This document shows, in pieces, positions 30,898-42,211 of a stretch of DNA of 64,000 nt. The notes below the pieces were generated by a model. The model was not told the DNA's origin. It did no database searches and worked only from the letters and a program-made list of their open reading frames with translations. This DNA comes from Escherichia coli. GTDB lineage: Bacteria > Pseudomonadota > Gammaproteobacteria > Enterobacterales > Enterobacteriaceae. The position numbers and the translations under genes were made by a program. How positions within the stretch are numbered: the stretch's first letter is position 1; every line of letters begins with the position of its first letter. The DNA lies in NCBI RefSeq assembly GCF_965641715.1, contig NZ_OZ282453.1; one strand, given 5' to 3'.

Positions 30898-32208
30898 ATG
30901 GGTCAGGTTTTACCGCTGGTTACCCGCCAGGGCGATCGTATCGCCATTGTTAGCGGTTTACGTACGCCTTTTGCCCGCCAGGCGACGGCTTTTCATGGCA
31001 TTCCTGCTGTTGATTTGGGGAAGATGGTGGTAGGCGAACTGCTGGCACGCAGCGAGATCCCCGCTGAAGTGATTGAACAACTGGTCTTTGGTCAGGTCGT
31101 ACAAATGCCTGAAGCCCCCAACATTGCGCGTGAAATTGTTCTCGGTACCGGAATGAATGTGCATACCGATGCTTACAGCGTCAGCCGCGCTTGCGCTACC
31201 AGTTTCCAGGCGGTTGCAAACGTCGCAGAAAGCCTGATGGCGGGAACTATTCGAGCGGGGATTGCCGGTGGGGCAGATTCCTCTTCGGTATTGCCAATTG
31301 GCGTCAGTAAAAAACTGGCGCGCGTGCTGGTTGATGTCAACAAAGCCCGCACAATGAGCCAGCGTCTGAAACTCTTCTCTCGCCTGCGTTTGCGCGACTT
31401 AATGCCCGTACCACCTGCGGTAGCAGAATATTCTACCGGCTTGCGGATGGGCGACACTGCAGAGCAAATGGCGAAAACCTACGGCATCACCCGAGAACAG
31501 CAAGATGCATTAGCGCACCGTTCGCATCAGCGTGCCGCTCAGGCATGGTCAGACAGAAAACTCAAAGAAGAGGTGATGACTGCCTTTATCCCTCCTTATA
31601 AACAACCGCTTGCCGAAGACAATAATATTCGCGGTAATTCCTCGCTTGCTGATTACGCAAAGTTGCGTCCGGCGTTTGATCGTAAACACGGAACGGTAAC
31701 GGCGGCAAACAGTACGCCGCTGACCGATGGCGCAGCGGCGGTGATCCTGATGACTGAATCTCGGGCGAAAGAATTAGGGCTGGTACCGCTGGGATATCTG
31801 CGCAGCTACGCATTTACCGCTATTGATGTCTGGCAGGACATGCTGCTCGGCCCGGCCTGGTCAACGCCGCTGGCGCTGGATCGTGCTGGTTTGACAATGG
31901 CAGATCTGACATTGATTGATATGCATGAAGCCTTTGCCGCCCAGACGTTGGCCAATATTCAGCTACTGGGGAGCGAACGTTTTGCTCGCGACGTACTGGG
32001 GCGTGCGCATGCCACCGGTGAAGTGGACGATAGCAAATTTAACGTGCTTGGTGGCTCGATTGCATACGGGCATCCCTTTGCGGCGACCGGCGCGCGAATG
32101 ATAACCCAGACATTGCATGAACTTCGCCGCCGCGGCGGTGGATTTGGTTTAGTGACCGCCTGTGCTGCCGGTGGGCTTGGCGCGGCAATGGTTCTGGAGG
32201 CGGAATAA
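30898..32208 (+). CDS. fadI: 3-ketoacyl-CoA thiolase FadI
   Basis: 436-aa thiolase; directly followed by fadJ with overlapping stop/start. Confidence 0.9.
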   Translation: MGQVLPLVTRQGDRIAIVSGLRTPFARQATAFHGIPAVDLGKMVVGELLARSEIPAEVIEQLVFGQVVQMPEAPNIAREIVLGTGMNVHTDAYSVSRACATSFQAVANVAESLMAGTIRAGIAGGADSSSVLPIGVSKKLARVLVDVNKARTMSQRLKLFSRLRLRDLMPVPPAVAEYSTGLRMGDTAEQMAKTYGITREQQDALAHRSHQRAAQAWSDRKLKEEVMTAFIPPYKQPLAEDNNIRGNSSLADYAKLRPAFDRKHGTVTAANSTPLTDGAAAVILMTESRAKELGLVPLGYLRSYAFTAIDVWQDMLLGPAWSTPLALDRAGLTMADLTLIDMHEAFAAQTLANIQLLGSERFARDVLGRAHATGEVDDSKFNVLGGSIAYGHPFAATGARMITQTLHELRRRGGGFGLVTACAAGGLGAAMVLEAE

Positions 32209-34352
32209 TGGGAATGGCATCAGCGTTTACTCTTAATGTTCGTCTGGACAACATTGCTATCATCACCATCGACGTATCGGGTGAGAAAATGAATACCCTG
32301 AAGGCGGAGTTTGCCTCGCAGGTGCGCGCCATTATTAAGCAACTCCGTGAAAACAAAGAGTTGCGAGGCGTGGTGTTTGTCTCCGCTAAACCGGACAACT
32401 TCATTGCTGGCGCAGACATCAACATGATCGGCAACTGCAAAACGGCGCAAGAAGCGGAAGCTCTGGCGCGGCAGGGCCAACAGTTGATGGCGGAGATTCA
32501 TGCTTTGCCCATTCCGGTTATTGCCGCTATTCATGGCGCTTGCCTGGGCGGTGGGCTGGAGCTGGCGCTCGCGTGCCACGGTCGCGTTTGTACTGACGAT
32601 CCTAAAACGGTGCTCGGTTTGCCTGAAGTACAACTTGGATTGTTACCCGGTTCAGGCGGCACCCAGCGTTTACCGCGTCTGATAGGCGTCAGCACAGCAT
32701 TAGAGATGATCCTCACCGGAAAACAACTTCGGGCGAAACAGGCATTAAAGCTGGGGCTGGTGGATGACGTCGTTCCGCACTCCATTCTGCTGGAAGCCGC
32801 TGTTGAGCTGGCAAAGCAGGATCGTCCATCTTCCCGCCCTCTACCTGTACGCGAGCGTATTCTGGCGGGGCCGTTAGGTCGTGCGCTGCTGTTCAAAATG
32901 GTCGGCAAGAAAACTGAGCACAAAACTCAGGGTAACTACCCGGCGACAGAACGTATTCTTGACGTTATTGAAACCGGATTAGCGCAGGGGACCAGCAGTG
33001 GCTATGACGCTGAAGCTCGCGCCTTTGGCGAACTGGCGATGACGCCACAATCGCAAGCTTTGCGTAGTATCTTTTTTGCCAGTACTGAAGTGAAGAAAGA
33101 TCCCGGTAGTGATGCGCCGCCTGCGTCATTAAACAGCGTGGGGATTTTAGGCGGTGGCTTGATGGGCGGTGGAATTGCCTACGTTACTGCCTGTAAAGCG
33201 GCTCTACCGGTAAGAATTAAAGATATCAACGCTCAGGGCATAAATCATGCGCTGAAGTACAGTTGGGATCAGCTTGATGGCAAAGTGCGCCGCCGCCATC
33301 TCAAAGCCAGCGAACGCGACAAGCAACTGGCTTTAATTTCGGGGACGACAGATTATCGCGGCTTTGCCCATCGCGATCTGATTATTGAAGCGGTGTTTGA
33401 AAATCTCGAGTTAAAACAACAGATGGTGGCGGAAGTGGAGCAAAACTGCGCCGCTCATACCATCTTTGCTTCGAATACTTCATCTTTACCGATTGGTGAT
33501 ATCGCCGCTCACGCCGCGCGACCTGAGCAGGTTATTGGCCTGCATTACTTCAGCCCGGTGGAAAAAATGCCGCTGGTGGAGATTATTCCTCATGCGGGTA
33601 CATCGGCGCAAACCATCGCCACTACGGTAAAACTGGCGAAAAAACAGGGCAAAACGCCAATCGTCGTGCGTGACAAAGCCGGGTTTTACGTCAATCGCAT
33701 CTTAGCGCCTTACATTAATGAAGCTATCCGCATGCTGACCGAAGGTGAACGGGTAGAGCACATTGATGCCGCGCTAGTGAAATTTGGTTTTCCGGTAGGT
33801 CCAATCCAACTTTTGGATGAGGTAGGAATCGACACCGGGACTAAAATTATTCCTGTACTGGAAGCCGCTTATGGAGAACGTTTTAGCGCGCCTGCAAATG
33901 TTGTTTCTTCAATTTTGAACGACGATCGCAAAGGCAGAAAAAATGGTCGGGGTTTCTATCTTTATGGTCAGAAAGGGCGTAAAAGCAAAAAACAGGTCGA
34001 TCCTGCCATTTACCCGCTCATTGGCGCACAAGGGCAGGGGCGACTCTCCGCACCGCAGGTTGCTGAACGGTGTGTGATGTTGATGCTGAATGAAGCAGTA
34101 CGTTGTGTTGATGAGCAGGTTATCCGTAGCGTGCGTGACGGGGATATTGGTGCGGTATTTGGCATTGGTTTTCCGCCATTTCTCGGTGGACCGTTTCGCT
34201 ATATCGATTCTCTCGGCGCGGGCGAAGTGGTTGCAATAATGCAACGACTGGCCACGCAGTATGGTTCACGTTTTACCCCTTGCGAGCGTTTAGTCGAGAT
34301 GGGTGCGCGTGGGGAAAGTTTTTGGAAAACAACTGCAACTGACCTGCAATAA
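32208..34352 (+). CDS. fadJ: fatty acid oxidation complex alpha subunit FadJ
   Basis: 714-aa ORF with N-terminal enoyl-CoA hydratase and C-terminal NAD-binding 3-hydroxyacyl-CoA dehydrogenase regions ([10 protein letters not shown]). Confidence 0.9.
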   Translation: MGMASAFTLNVRLDNIAIITIDVSGEKMNTLKAEFASQVRAIIKQLRENKELRGVVFVSAKPDNFIAGADINMIGNCKTAQEAEALARQGQQLMAEIHALPIPVIAAIHGACLGGGLELALACHGRVCTDDPKTVLGLPEVQLGLLPGSGGTQRLPRLIGVSTALEMILTGKQLRAKQALKLGLVDDVVPHSILLEAAVELAKQDRPSSRPLPVRERILAGPLGRALLFKMVGKKTEHKTQGNYPATERILDVIETGLAQGTSSGYDAEARAFGELAMTPQSQALRSIFFASTEVKKDPGSDAPPASLNSVGILGGGLMGGGIAYVTACKAALPVRIKDINAQGINHALKYSWDQLDGKVRRRHLKASERDKQLALISGTTDYRGFAHRDLIIEAVFENLELKQQMVAEVEQNCAAHTIFASNTSSLPIGDIAAHAARPEQVIGLHYFSPVEKMPLVEIIPHAGTSAQTIATTVKLAKKQGKTPIVVRDKAGFYVNRILAPYINEAIRMLTEGERVEHIDAALVKFGFPVGPIQLLDEVGIDTGTKIIPVLEAAYGERFSAPANVVSSILNDDRKGRKNGRGFYLYGQKGRKSKKQVDPAIYPLIGAQGQGRLSAPQVAERCVMLMLNEAVRCVDEQVIRSVRDGDIGAVFGIGFPPFLGGPFRYIDSLGAGEVVAIMQRLATQYGSRFTPCERLVEMGARGESFWKTTATDLQ

Positions 34353-34554
34353 GAAGGTCAAAGCTATATGAATCCGCGCTGAATGGCGGATTGCTGGTCA
34401 AAATGTAAACGCATATTGACTATACTTACGCCATTGAGGTAAAAAACAGCGTTTCATTCGGTGAATGGATAAGGCACAATGCCGGCCACCGTTTTCTTTC
34501 TCTGGTTTCAGATGAAAGAAAACGGGCGAATCTGGTTAACAAAAGCGGTGCAAT

Positions 34555-35040
34555 ATGCAAGTTTTTATCATGCGTCACGGCGACGCAGCCCTCGATGCCG
34601 CCAGTGATTCGGTTCGTCCTCTGACTACTAATGGTTGTGACGAATCTCGCCTGATGGCGAACTGGCTGAAAGGTCAAAAAGTGGAAATCGAACGCGTTCT
34701 GGTGAGCCCGTTCCTGCGAGCCGAGCAAACACTGGAGGAAGTAGGGGATTGTCTGAACCTGCCTTCCAGTGCAGAAGTTCTGCCGGAGTTAACGCCCTGC
34801 GGCGATGTTGGTCTGGTCAGTGCCTATTTGCAGGCGTTGACCAATGAAGGTGTTGCTTCGGTGTTGGTTATCTCCCACTTACCGTTAGTCGGGTATCTGG
34901 TTGCCGAGTTATGTCCGGGCGAAACGCCGCCTATGTTTACCACCTCGGCCATTGCCAGCGTAACGCTTGATGAAAGCGGAAAAGGCGAGTTCAACTGGCA
35001 GATGAGCCCATGTAATTTGAAGATGGCGAAAGCTATCTGA
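34555..35040 (+). CDS. sixA: phosphohistidine phosphatase SixA
   Basis: 161 aa; N-terminal RHG motif (MQVFIMRHGDA) of the histidine phosphatase family. Confidence 0.85.
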   Translation: MQVFIMRHGDAALDAASDSVRPLTTNGCDESRLMANWLKGQKVEIERVLVSPFLRAEQTLEEVGDCLNLPSSAEVLPELTPCGDVGLVSAYLQALTNEGVASVLVISHLPLVGYLVAELCPGETPPMFTTSAIASVTLDESGKGEFNWQMSPCNLKMAKAI

Positions 35041-35053
35041 TTCGTTTGAAAAA

Positions 35054-35092
35054 ATGCCCGATGTACAGCTTACATCGGGCATTTGTCTTTTT
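35054..35092 (+). terminator. intrinsic terminator after sixA
   Basis: Hairpin ATGCCCGATGTA...TACATCGGGCAT followed by T-rich run. Confidence 0.55.
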
Positions 35093-35685
35093 GCAATAGT
35101 AGATATTCACTCAAAACCTTTCACGGAGTTGATACGCTTCGATACAGAATTCATCGCACTTTTTCCTCTGCTTCCCTATTAATTTCTGACGAAATGAGAC
35201 TAAGTTGTAATGTATTTTTACAAAGCATCAAACTAATAGAACAGTTAATAATAAAAAAGAAATGATATTTTCGTGTCTTAATTTAATATTATTTGTGATG
35301 TGTTAATAGTATAACTTCAAAAAAGTACAATCTCAAACTTAATCTAAGATTGTCTTTTTTGCGCAGGTTATTCATAAATTGAAATTATGTGTAAGATATT
35401 TTTTTAAGCATTTCATTTCTTTTTTATAAGAAAATCCTCAAAATATTTCTATTCTGGCTATACATTAAGCGGTCCTTAATTCGCTGTTAAGTAAATATAA
35501 TTTGAAACAATAAAGACAAAATATCACCATCCGCCCACACCAAAGAATATCTTCTTATGCGACCTATTTTCTTGTTAGTTAGATCGGATAGCTTATTCAA
35601 TGGCTGGGTATAAATAATTGCTATTGACTGAATCAATGTATTGCAATGTTTATATTTTTAATTATTTATGGTTTAAGGACAAATA

Positions 35686-36249
35686 ATGAGTAAGTTTGTA
35701 AAAACAGCTATTGCTGCAACAATGGTAATGGGTGCGTTCGCTTCTACTTCAACAATCGCCGCTGGCAACAATGGTACAGCACGTTTCTACGGCACCATTG
35801 AAGATTCCCCGTGCTCCATCGTTCCTGATGATCACAAACTGGAAGTTGATATGGGTGACATTGGTTCAGGGATCCTGAAAAACAACGGGACTTCTACACC
35901 GAAAGCTTTCCAGATCCATCTGCAAGACTGTGTGTTTGACACCCAGACAACGATGACCACTACCTTCACCGGTAACGCGTCTTCTACCAACAGCGGCAAT
36001 TACTACACCATTTACAATACCGATACTGGTGCGGCATTTAACAATGTCAGCCTGGCCATTGGTGACGCTCAGGGAACCTCTTATAAAAGCGGCGCGGGTA
36101 TCGAACAGAAAATCGTAAACGATACGGCGACCAACAAAGGCAAAGCGAAGCAGACGCTGGACTTTAAAGCCTGGCTGGTGGGCGCGGCTGATGCGCCAGA
36201 TTTAGGTAATTTTGAAGCCAACACGACCTTCCAGATTACTTATCTCTAA
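35686..36249 (+). CDS. yfcV: fimbrial major subunit
   Basis: 187 aa with signal peptide and fimbrial subunit architecture; first gene of a chaperone-usher operon after a 640-bp AT-rich leader. Confidence 0.7.
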   Translation: MSKFVKTAIAATMVMGAFASTSTIAAGNNGTARFYGTIEDSPCSIVPDDHKLEVDMGDIGSGILKNNGTSTPKAFQIHLQDCVFDTQTTMTTTFTGNASSTNSGNYYTIYNTDTGAAFNNVSLAIGDAQGTSYKSGAGIEQKIVNDTATNKGKAKQTLDFKAWLVGAADAPDLGNFEANTTFQITYL

Positions 36250-36255
36250 GTGATA

Positions 36256-36285
36256 CCCCCATAGCTTTCGGGCTATGGGGTTTTT
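36256..36285 (+). terminator. intrinsic hairpin/attenuator after fimbrial major subunit gene
   Basis: CCCCCATAGC-TTTCGG-GCTATGGGG followed by TTTTT. Confidence 0.5.
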
Positions 36286-36318
36286 AAATGGAATTCGCGC
36301 AAATTATAATAATTACGG

Positions 36319-38970
36319 ATGGATACGTGTATGCCTGACCATTCTCTTTTCCGACTGCGGGTACTTCCCTGCTGCGTTGCATTGGCAATGTCCGGGAGTT
36401 ATGTCAATGCCTGGGCTGAAGATGAAATTCAGTTTGATTCCCGTTTTCTGGAGTTAAAAGGCGACACAAAAATCGATCTGAAGCGATTTTCCAGCCAGGG
36501 TTATGTCGAGCCTGGGAAATACAATTTACAGGTTCAACTAAATAAACAGCCGCTGACGGAAGAATACGATATTTTCTGGTACGCCTCTGAGAACGATGCC
36601 AGTAAAACCTATGCCTGCCTGACGCCTGAACTGGTCGCGCAGTTTGGCTTAAAAGAGGATGTGGCAAAAAACCTGCAATGGATCCACGACGGCAAATGCC
36701 TGAAACCCGGTCAACTGGAAGGCATTGATATTAAAGCTGACCTGAGTCAGTCAGCGTTAGTCATTTCATTACCCCAGGCTTACCTTGAATATACCGACAT
36801 CAACTGGGATCCGCCTTCACGCTGGGATGACGGTATATCTGGTTTAATTGCTGACTACAGTATTACCGCCCAGACACGACATGAAGAAAATGGCGGGGAT
36901 GACAGCAATGAAATTAGCGGTAACGGGACGGTTGGGGTGAACCTCGGCGCATGGCGTCTTCGTGCCGACTGGCAGACTGATTATTTGCATAGTAAAAGCA
37001 ATGATGACGATGTTATCAACGGTGATGACACGCAAAAAAACTGGGAGTGGAGCCGCTACTACGCCTGGCGAGCCTTACCGTCGCTAAAAGCCAAACTTGG
37101 GCTTGGCGAAGACTACCTGAATTCTGATATTTTCGACGGCTTTAACTACGTGGGTGGCAGTATCAGCACCGACGATCAAATGTTGCCGCCGAATCTGCGC
37201 GGCTATGCGCCGGATATCTCCGGCGTGGCGCACACCACCGCGAAAGTGACCGTCAGCCAGATGGGCCGCGTGATTTACGAAACTCAGGTCCCGGCGGGGC
37301 CGTTCCGTATCCAGGATCTTGGCGATTCCGTCTCCGGTACGCTGCATATCCGCATTGAAGAGCAGAACGGTCAGGTGCAGGAATATGACATTAACACTGC
37401 GTCAATGCCGTTCCTGACCCGCCCCGGCCAGGTGCGCTATAAACTGATGATGGGCCGCCCGCAGGAGTGGGGGCACCACGTGGAAGGCGGTTTCTTCTCC
37501 GGCGGCGAAGCTTCCTGGGGGATTGCCAACGGCTGGTCGCTCTACGGCGGGGCGCTGGCAGATGAACACTATCAGTCGGCGGCGCTTGGCATCGGTCGCG
37601 ACCTGTCTGCCTTTGGCGCGGTCGCCTTTGATATCACCCACTCGCATACCCGCCTGGATAAAGAAACTGCCTACGGTAAAGGTTCACTGGACGGTAACTC
37701 GTTTCGCGTGAGCTATTCCAAAGACTTCGATGAACTGAACAGCCGCGTCACTTTTGCCGGATACCGCTTCTCGGAAGAGAACTTCATGACCATGAGCGAG
37801 TATCTCGATGCCAGCGACAGCGAAATGGTGCGCACCGGCAACGACAAAGAGATGTACACCGCCACCTATAACCAGAACTTCAGGGATGCCGGTGTGTCTG
37901 TTTATCTCAACTACACCCGCCATACCTACTGGGATCGCGACGAACAGACTAACTACAACATCATGCTCTCGCACTACTTCAACCTGGGCAGTATCCGCAA
38001 CATGAGCATTTCCATGACCGGATACCGCTACGAGTATGACAACCAGGCCGATAAAGGTGTGTACATATCGCTCAGTATGCCGTGGGGTGACAGCAGCACC
38101 ATCAGCTATAACGGCAACTACGGCAGCGGTTCGGACAGCAGCCAGGTGGGGTATTTCAGCCGTGTCGATGACGCAACCCATTACCAGTTGAACGTAGGCA
38201 CCAGCGACAATCACTCCAGCGTTGACGGTTATTACAGCCACGACGGATCGCTGGCGCAGGTCGATCTCAGCGCTAACTACCATGAAGGGCAGTACACCTC
38301 GGCGGGTATTTCCTTACAGGGCGGCGCGACGCTCACCGCACAAGGTGGCGCGCTCCACCGTACCCAGAATATGGGCGGCACGCGTCTGTTAATAGATGCC
38401 GATGGCGTGGTCGGTGTTCCGGTGGAAGGAAACGGTGCAGCGGTTTACACCAATATGTTCGGTAAGGCCGTGGTGGCAGACGTCAACAACTACTACCGCA
38501 ACCAGGCGTATATCGACCTAAACAACCTGCCGGAAAACGCCGAAGCCACCCAGTCCGTGGTGCAGGCCACCCTTACCGAAGGGGCCATTGGCTACCGTAA
38601 GTTCTCGGTTATCAGCGGGCAAAAAGCGATGGCGGTCCTGCGTCTGCAGGATGGTAGCTACCCGCCGTTTGGCGCGGAAGTGAAAAATGACAACGCGCAG
38701 AACGTTGGTCTGGTTGACGATGACGGCAACGTCTACCTCGCGGGCGTCAAACCTGGCGAGCATATGATCGTTTCATGGGGCGGTGTGGCCCACTGCGATA
38801 TTCATCTGCCTGACCCGCTGCCAGCCGATCTGTTCAATGGCCTGTTATTACCATGCCAGCAAACAGGGGCGATATCTCCTTCGATGCCTCATGAAATTAA
38901 GCCGATGATCCAGGAGCAGACCCAGCAGGTGATGCCAACGGAAGCACCGGTATCGGTATCCGCCAATTAA
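36319..38970 (+). CDS. yfcU: fimbrial outer membrane usher
   Basis: 883-aa intact ORF, usher-sized, between fimbrial subunit and chaperone. Confidence 0.75.
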   Translation: MDTCMPDHSLFRLRVLPCCVALAMSGSYVNAWAEDEIQFDSRFLELKGDTKIDLKRFSSQGYVEPGKYNLQVQLNKQPLTEEYDIFWYASENDASKTYACLTPELVAQFGLKEDVAKNLQWIHDGKCLKPGQLEGIDIKADLSQSALVISLPQAYLEYTDINWDPPSRWDDGISGLIADYSITAQTRHEENGGDDSNEISGNGTVGVNLGAWRLRADWQTDYLHSKSNDDDVINGDDTQKNWEWSRYYAWRALPSLKAKLGLGEDYLNSDIFDGFNYVGGSISTDDQMLPPNLRGYAPDISGVAHTTAKVTVSQMGRVIYETQVPAGPFRIQDLGDSVSGTLHIRIEEQNGQVQEYDINTASMPFLTRPGQVRYKLMMGRPQEWGHHVEGGFFSGGEASWGIANGWSLYGGALADEHYQSAALGIGRDLSAFGAVAFDITHSHTRLDKETAYGKGSLDGNSFRVSYSKDFDELNSRVTFAGYRFSEENFMTMSEYLDASDSEMVRTGNDKEMYTATYNQNFRDAGVSVYLNYTRHTYWDRDEQTNYNIMLSHYFNLGSIRNMSISMTGYRYEYDNQADKGVYISLSMPWGDSSTISYNGNYGSGSDSSQVGYFSRVDDATHYQLNVGTSDNHSSVDGYYSHDGSLAQVDLSANYHEGQYTSAGISLQGGATLTAQGGALHRTQNMGGTRLLIDADGVVGVPVEGNGAAVYTNMFGKAVVADVNNYYRNQAYIDLNNLPENAEATQSVVQATLTEGAIGYRKFSVISGQKAMAVLRLQDGSYPPFGAEVKNDNAQNVGLVDDDGNVYLAGVKPGEHMIVSWGGVAHCDIHLPDPLPADLFNGLLLPCQQTGAISPSMPHEIKPMIQEQTQQVMPTEAPVSVSAN

Positions 38971-38992
38971 TAACGTGATTAAGGAATGATCC

Positions 38993-39745
38993 ATGACGAA
39001 TCTATTTTGCTCTGCCAAAAAATCCACAATGTTGCTGGCATTGCTACTAACCACTGCCAGCCTGTCAGCACAGGCCTCTGTCACGCCAGACCGTACACGC
39101 CTGATTTTTAATGAGAGTGATAAATCAATCAGCGTCACGCTGCGTAATAACGACCCGAAAATGCCGTATCTGGCACAAAGCTGGATGGAAGATGAACAGG
39201 GTAACAGGATTAGCTCGCCACTGACGGCCCTGCCGCCGGTGCAGCGCATCGATTCCATGATGAACGGCCAGGTGAAGGTGCAGGGGATGCCGGATATCAA
39301 CAAGCTGCCTGCCGACCGCGAGAGCGTGTTCTACTTCAACGTGCGTGAAATTCCGCCGAAATCGAATAAACCCAACACGTTACAGATAGTGCTGCAAACG
39401 CGCATCAAGCTGTTCTGGCGACCAAAGGCGCTGGAAAACGTCAGCATGAAAAACCCGTGGCAGCATAAGGTGACCTTAACCCGCAGCGGTCAGGAGTTTA
39501 CCGTCAATAATCCTACGCCGTACTACGTGGTTATCAGTAACGCCAGCACGCAGAAAAATGGCAATCCGGCAGCGGGATTTTCCCCCATGGTGATATCGCC
39601 AAAAACCTCTGTGCCGTTAAAAGTCAAAATGGATAGCGTCCCGGTGCTGTCTTACGTCAACGACTATGGCGCACGGATGCCGCTGTATTTTAAATGTGGC
39701 GGTGATACATGCCAGGTGGATGTAGAGCAGAGCCGCAAAGGCTGA
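38993..39745 (+). CDS. yfcS: fimbrial periplasmic chaperone
   Basis: 250 aa with signal peptide; PapD-like chaperone size and position. Confidence 0.75.
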   Translation: MTNLFCSAKKSTMLLALLLTTASLSAQASVTPDRTRLIFNESDKSISVTLRNNDPKMPYLAQSWMEDEQGNRISSPLTALPPVQRIDSMMNGQVKVQGMPDINKLPADRESVFYFNVREIPPKSNKPNTLQIVLQTRIKLFWRPKALENVSMKNPWQHKVTLTRSGQEFTVNNPTPYYVVISNASTQKNGNPAAGFSPMVISPKTSVPLKVKMDSVPVLSYVNDYGARMPLYFKCGGDTCQVDVEQSRKG

Positions 39746-39760
39746 TGCCGGGAGAGCGAC

Positions 39761-40264
39761 ATGAGACAAATTTTTGTTGTGGGGGTGGGTATATTACTGC
39801 TGGGCGTTAGTGGGATATATAACATTATCCTTGCAAATTCAAAACCTGTTGATCTCATTTTACAGGTACATGTAGATCCTCCTCCGCCATGTAGCGTAAC
39901 GGGGAGTTCAGTAGATTTTCAGACTGTGAATATCAACGATATCAATGGTAGTAATTATCGTAAAGATGCAGGATATACGTTGTCATGCCCTGACCGAAAA
40001 GCTGATGATTTACGTATGCAGTTGAGAGGAAACACCACCACAATTAATGGAGAAAAAGTCGTTGATGTAGGGGTTCCAGGATTTGGTATTCGAATCGAGA
40101 ATGCAGATAACAACTCACTATTCTCCATTGGAGAAAACAACTGGACCCCTTTCAATATCACATCACAGCCGAAACTTAATGCAGTCCCGGTAAAACAAAG
40201 TGGTGCACAACTTTCAGGGGCCGATTTTAGTGGGAGTTTAACAATGGTGGTGGATTATCAATGA
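39761..40264 (+). CDS. yfcR: fimbrial minor subunit
   Basis: 167-aa secreted protein ending in a fimbrial-type beta-strand (VDYQ). Confidence 0.6.
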   Translation: MRQIFVVGVGILLLGVSGIYNIILANSKPVDLILQVHVDPPPPCSVTGSSVDFQTVNINDINGSNYRKDAGYTLSCPDRKADDLRMQLRGNTTTINGEKVVDVGVPGFGIRIENADNNSLFSIGENNWTPFNITSQPKLNAVPVKQSGAQLSGADFSGSLTMVVDYQ

Positions 40265-40737
40265 AAATACTCTTGTATTTATTGCTCTGTATGAGCAGCG
40301 GTATTGTGAATGCATCACCGGATATCACCTTCAAAGGAACTCTTGTATTGCCTCCGGCATGTACTATTAGTGATGGAAACACTATCGAGGTGGAGTTCAG
40401 GGATGTAATTATCGATAGCATTGATGGAAATAATGGGCGAGAGGTCGTGCCCTACGATATTAAATGTGATGCTGTTACACCCGGTAGTTCCTGGGATATG
40501 ACATTGACATGGATAGGCACACAAACAAGTTATGATGATGCTGCAATCGAAACTGATGTAACAGGATTAGGGATTAAACTTCGGCAAAATGGTCAGCCAT
40601 TTAGAGTAAATACACCGATACAAATTAACGCCGATACGAAACCACAATTAGAGGCTGTCCCCGTGAAGGCGGTAGATGCTGTATTAACAGACGGAACGTT
40701 TTCAGCTTCGGCCACATTACGGGTGGAATATCAATGA
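40261..40737 (+). CDS. yfcQ: fimbrial minor subunit
   Basis: 158 aa; signal peptide; C-terminal ...LRVEYQ. Confidence 0.6.
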   Translation: MKILLYLLLCMSSGIVNASPDITFKGTLVLPPACTISDGNTIEVEFRDVIIDSIDGNNGREVVPYDIKCDAVTPGSSWDMTLTWIGTQTSYDDAAIETDVTGLGIKLRQNGQPFRVNTPIQINADTKPQLEAVPVKAVDAVLTDGTFSASATLRVEYQ

Positions 40738-41258
40738 AGATGAAAACCTGGTTCGCACTCATAGTAATGCTGTTACTGGCAGGAAATAGCACAGCGCGTG
40801 CAGACAATAATTTACACTTCTACGGAAATTTATTAAGTAAATCTTGTACCCTGGTAGTACAAGGACAAGTGCTGGCTGAAGTCCATTTCCCAAGTATCAG
40901 CAGCAGAGATTTAATGTCACGGGAACAATCTGATCGTGTGCCGGTCGTTTTTCAATTGAAAGATTGCAAAGGGCCTGTTGGTTACAAAGTTAGAGTTACG
41001 TTAACCGGTACCGAAGATAGCGATTTGCCAGGGTTTCTGGCTTTGGATGCATCATCGGGTGCGCAAGGTGTGAGCATTGGCATGGAAACAGTTGATGGGA
41101 TACAGGTCCCCATCAACAATTCGGCAGGGGCAATATTTAACCTGAGTAACGGTGCTAATAATCTTAACTTTAAGGCTTGGTTGCAGGCGAAATCTGGGCG
41201 TGAAGTCACTTCTGGTGAATTTACTGCCAGCCTGACGGCAATTTTTGAGTATATCTAA
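40734..41258 (+). CDS. yfcP: fimbrial minor subunit
   Basis: 174 aa; signal peptide; C-terminal ...AIFEYI. Confidence 0.6.
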   Translation: MKMKTWFALIVMLLLAGNSTARADNNLHFYGNLLSKSCTLVVQGQVLAEVHFPSISSRDLMSREQSDRVPVVFQLKDCKGPVGYKVRVTLTGTEDSDLPGFLALDASSGAQGVSIGMETVDGIQVPINNSAGAIFNLSNGANNLNFKAWLQAKSGREVTSGEFTASLTAIFEYI

Positions 41259-42098
41259 ATGAAAATAAAAGTGATTTTATTTGGTATGTTATTGTTCGGG
41301 CTTAATTCTTCTGTACAAGCAGACGTTACATTTAATAATGTTCAGACTTATGGCGCATCTTATGGCAGTGGGCTAACAACATCTATCGTTTATAAAATAG
41401 ATGTGTTAACCCCTGAAGGGGCATATTATGGGACATATTCACAAGGGGGGATTATGGTACAGGCAGGAGTTGTGCCTAACTTAACCTGGACTGGACCGGG
41501 TGTCCCCCCAGACATAACAATTCCGCCAGGGCGGGCACCGATAGTAGATGATTCTTATTGTCCCGGTATGACCTCTGGTTGGGTTTGTCATAGACTTCCT
41601 GTAAATGTACATGTTACGGGTACAACCCATGGTTGCCCTTGGGTGGTGACAACATCAATTTATAGCACAGCAAGGCCTCCGCAGGCGGGGCCATATTATT
41701 ATCAGGGGCCGAATGCGCACCAATCAAATTGTCCAACAGAGCCAGTAGCAAGCTATGATATTTCCTGGGATGAAAACACCGTTGTTCATAATAAATCATT
41801 AAGCCTGCAATCTACGGGGGGGGTTATTGAGAAATCGTTGCCGACATTCTTAATGAAAGATGGGCGATTATGTGATGGCAGTGACTTCAGTGATGACCGT
41901 GGAGCCTATTGTCGCCTGGTATCACAATTAATGACGTTTAGTGTCCAGGGTTGTGATAACAATAAAGTGAACGTAACGGCAAACCGACATCCTGTAACTG
42001 ATAAACAACTCCATGACATGCAGGTGCGTGTTGATACTAGTGAACGGCAAAGTTTTGATGCTACATGTCGCTTTCAATATATTCTTAATGAACTTTAA
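41259..42098 (+). CDS. yfcO: fimbrial tip adhesin-like protein
   Basis: 279-aa secreted protein, last gene of the operon. Confidence 0.55.
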   Translation: MKIKVILFGMLLFGLNSSVQADVTFNNVQTYGASYGSGLTTSIVYKIDVLTPEGAYYGTYSQGGIMVQAGVVPNLTWTGPGVPPDITIPPGRAPIVDDSYCPGMTSGWVCHRLPVNVHVTGTTHGCPWVVTTSIYSTARPPQAGPYYYQGPNAHQSNCPTEPVASYDISWDENTVVHNKSLSLQSTGGVIEKSLPTFLMKDGRLCDGSDFSDDRGAYCRLVSQLMTFSVQGCDNNKVNVTANRHPVTDKQLHDMQVRVDTSERQSFDATCRFQYILNEL

Positions 42099-42140
42099 TT
42101 AATATTATTAGCCTCGACAGTGTTCGTAGCCGGATAAGGC

Positions 42141-42170
42141 GTTTACCCCGCATCCGGCATTTGGTCCCAG
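42141..42170. repeat. REP (repetitive extragenic palindromic) element
   Basis: GCCGGATAAGGCG...CGCATCCGGC palindromic unit. Confidence 0.55.
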
Positions 42171-42211
42171 CATTCAGGGCGAAATGGCAAAACGCATCCG
42201 CCCCCTAATAT

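Noticed and set aside
35041-35685. 640-bp AT-rich ORF-free region between sixA and the fimbrial subunit gene, considered as a horizontally acquired islet or sRNA locus
   Set aside because: Position and composition fit the long regulatory leader typical of chaperone-usher fimbrial operons; no conserved RNA structure or terminator-bounded transcript stood out.
37684-38283. 199-aa minus-strand ORF within the fimbrial usher gene, and similar antisense ORFs across aroC, prmB and fabB (43337..44845, 49854..51056)
   Set aside because: Shadow ORFs opposite well-recognised conserved genes.
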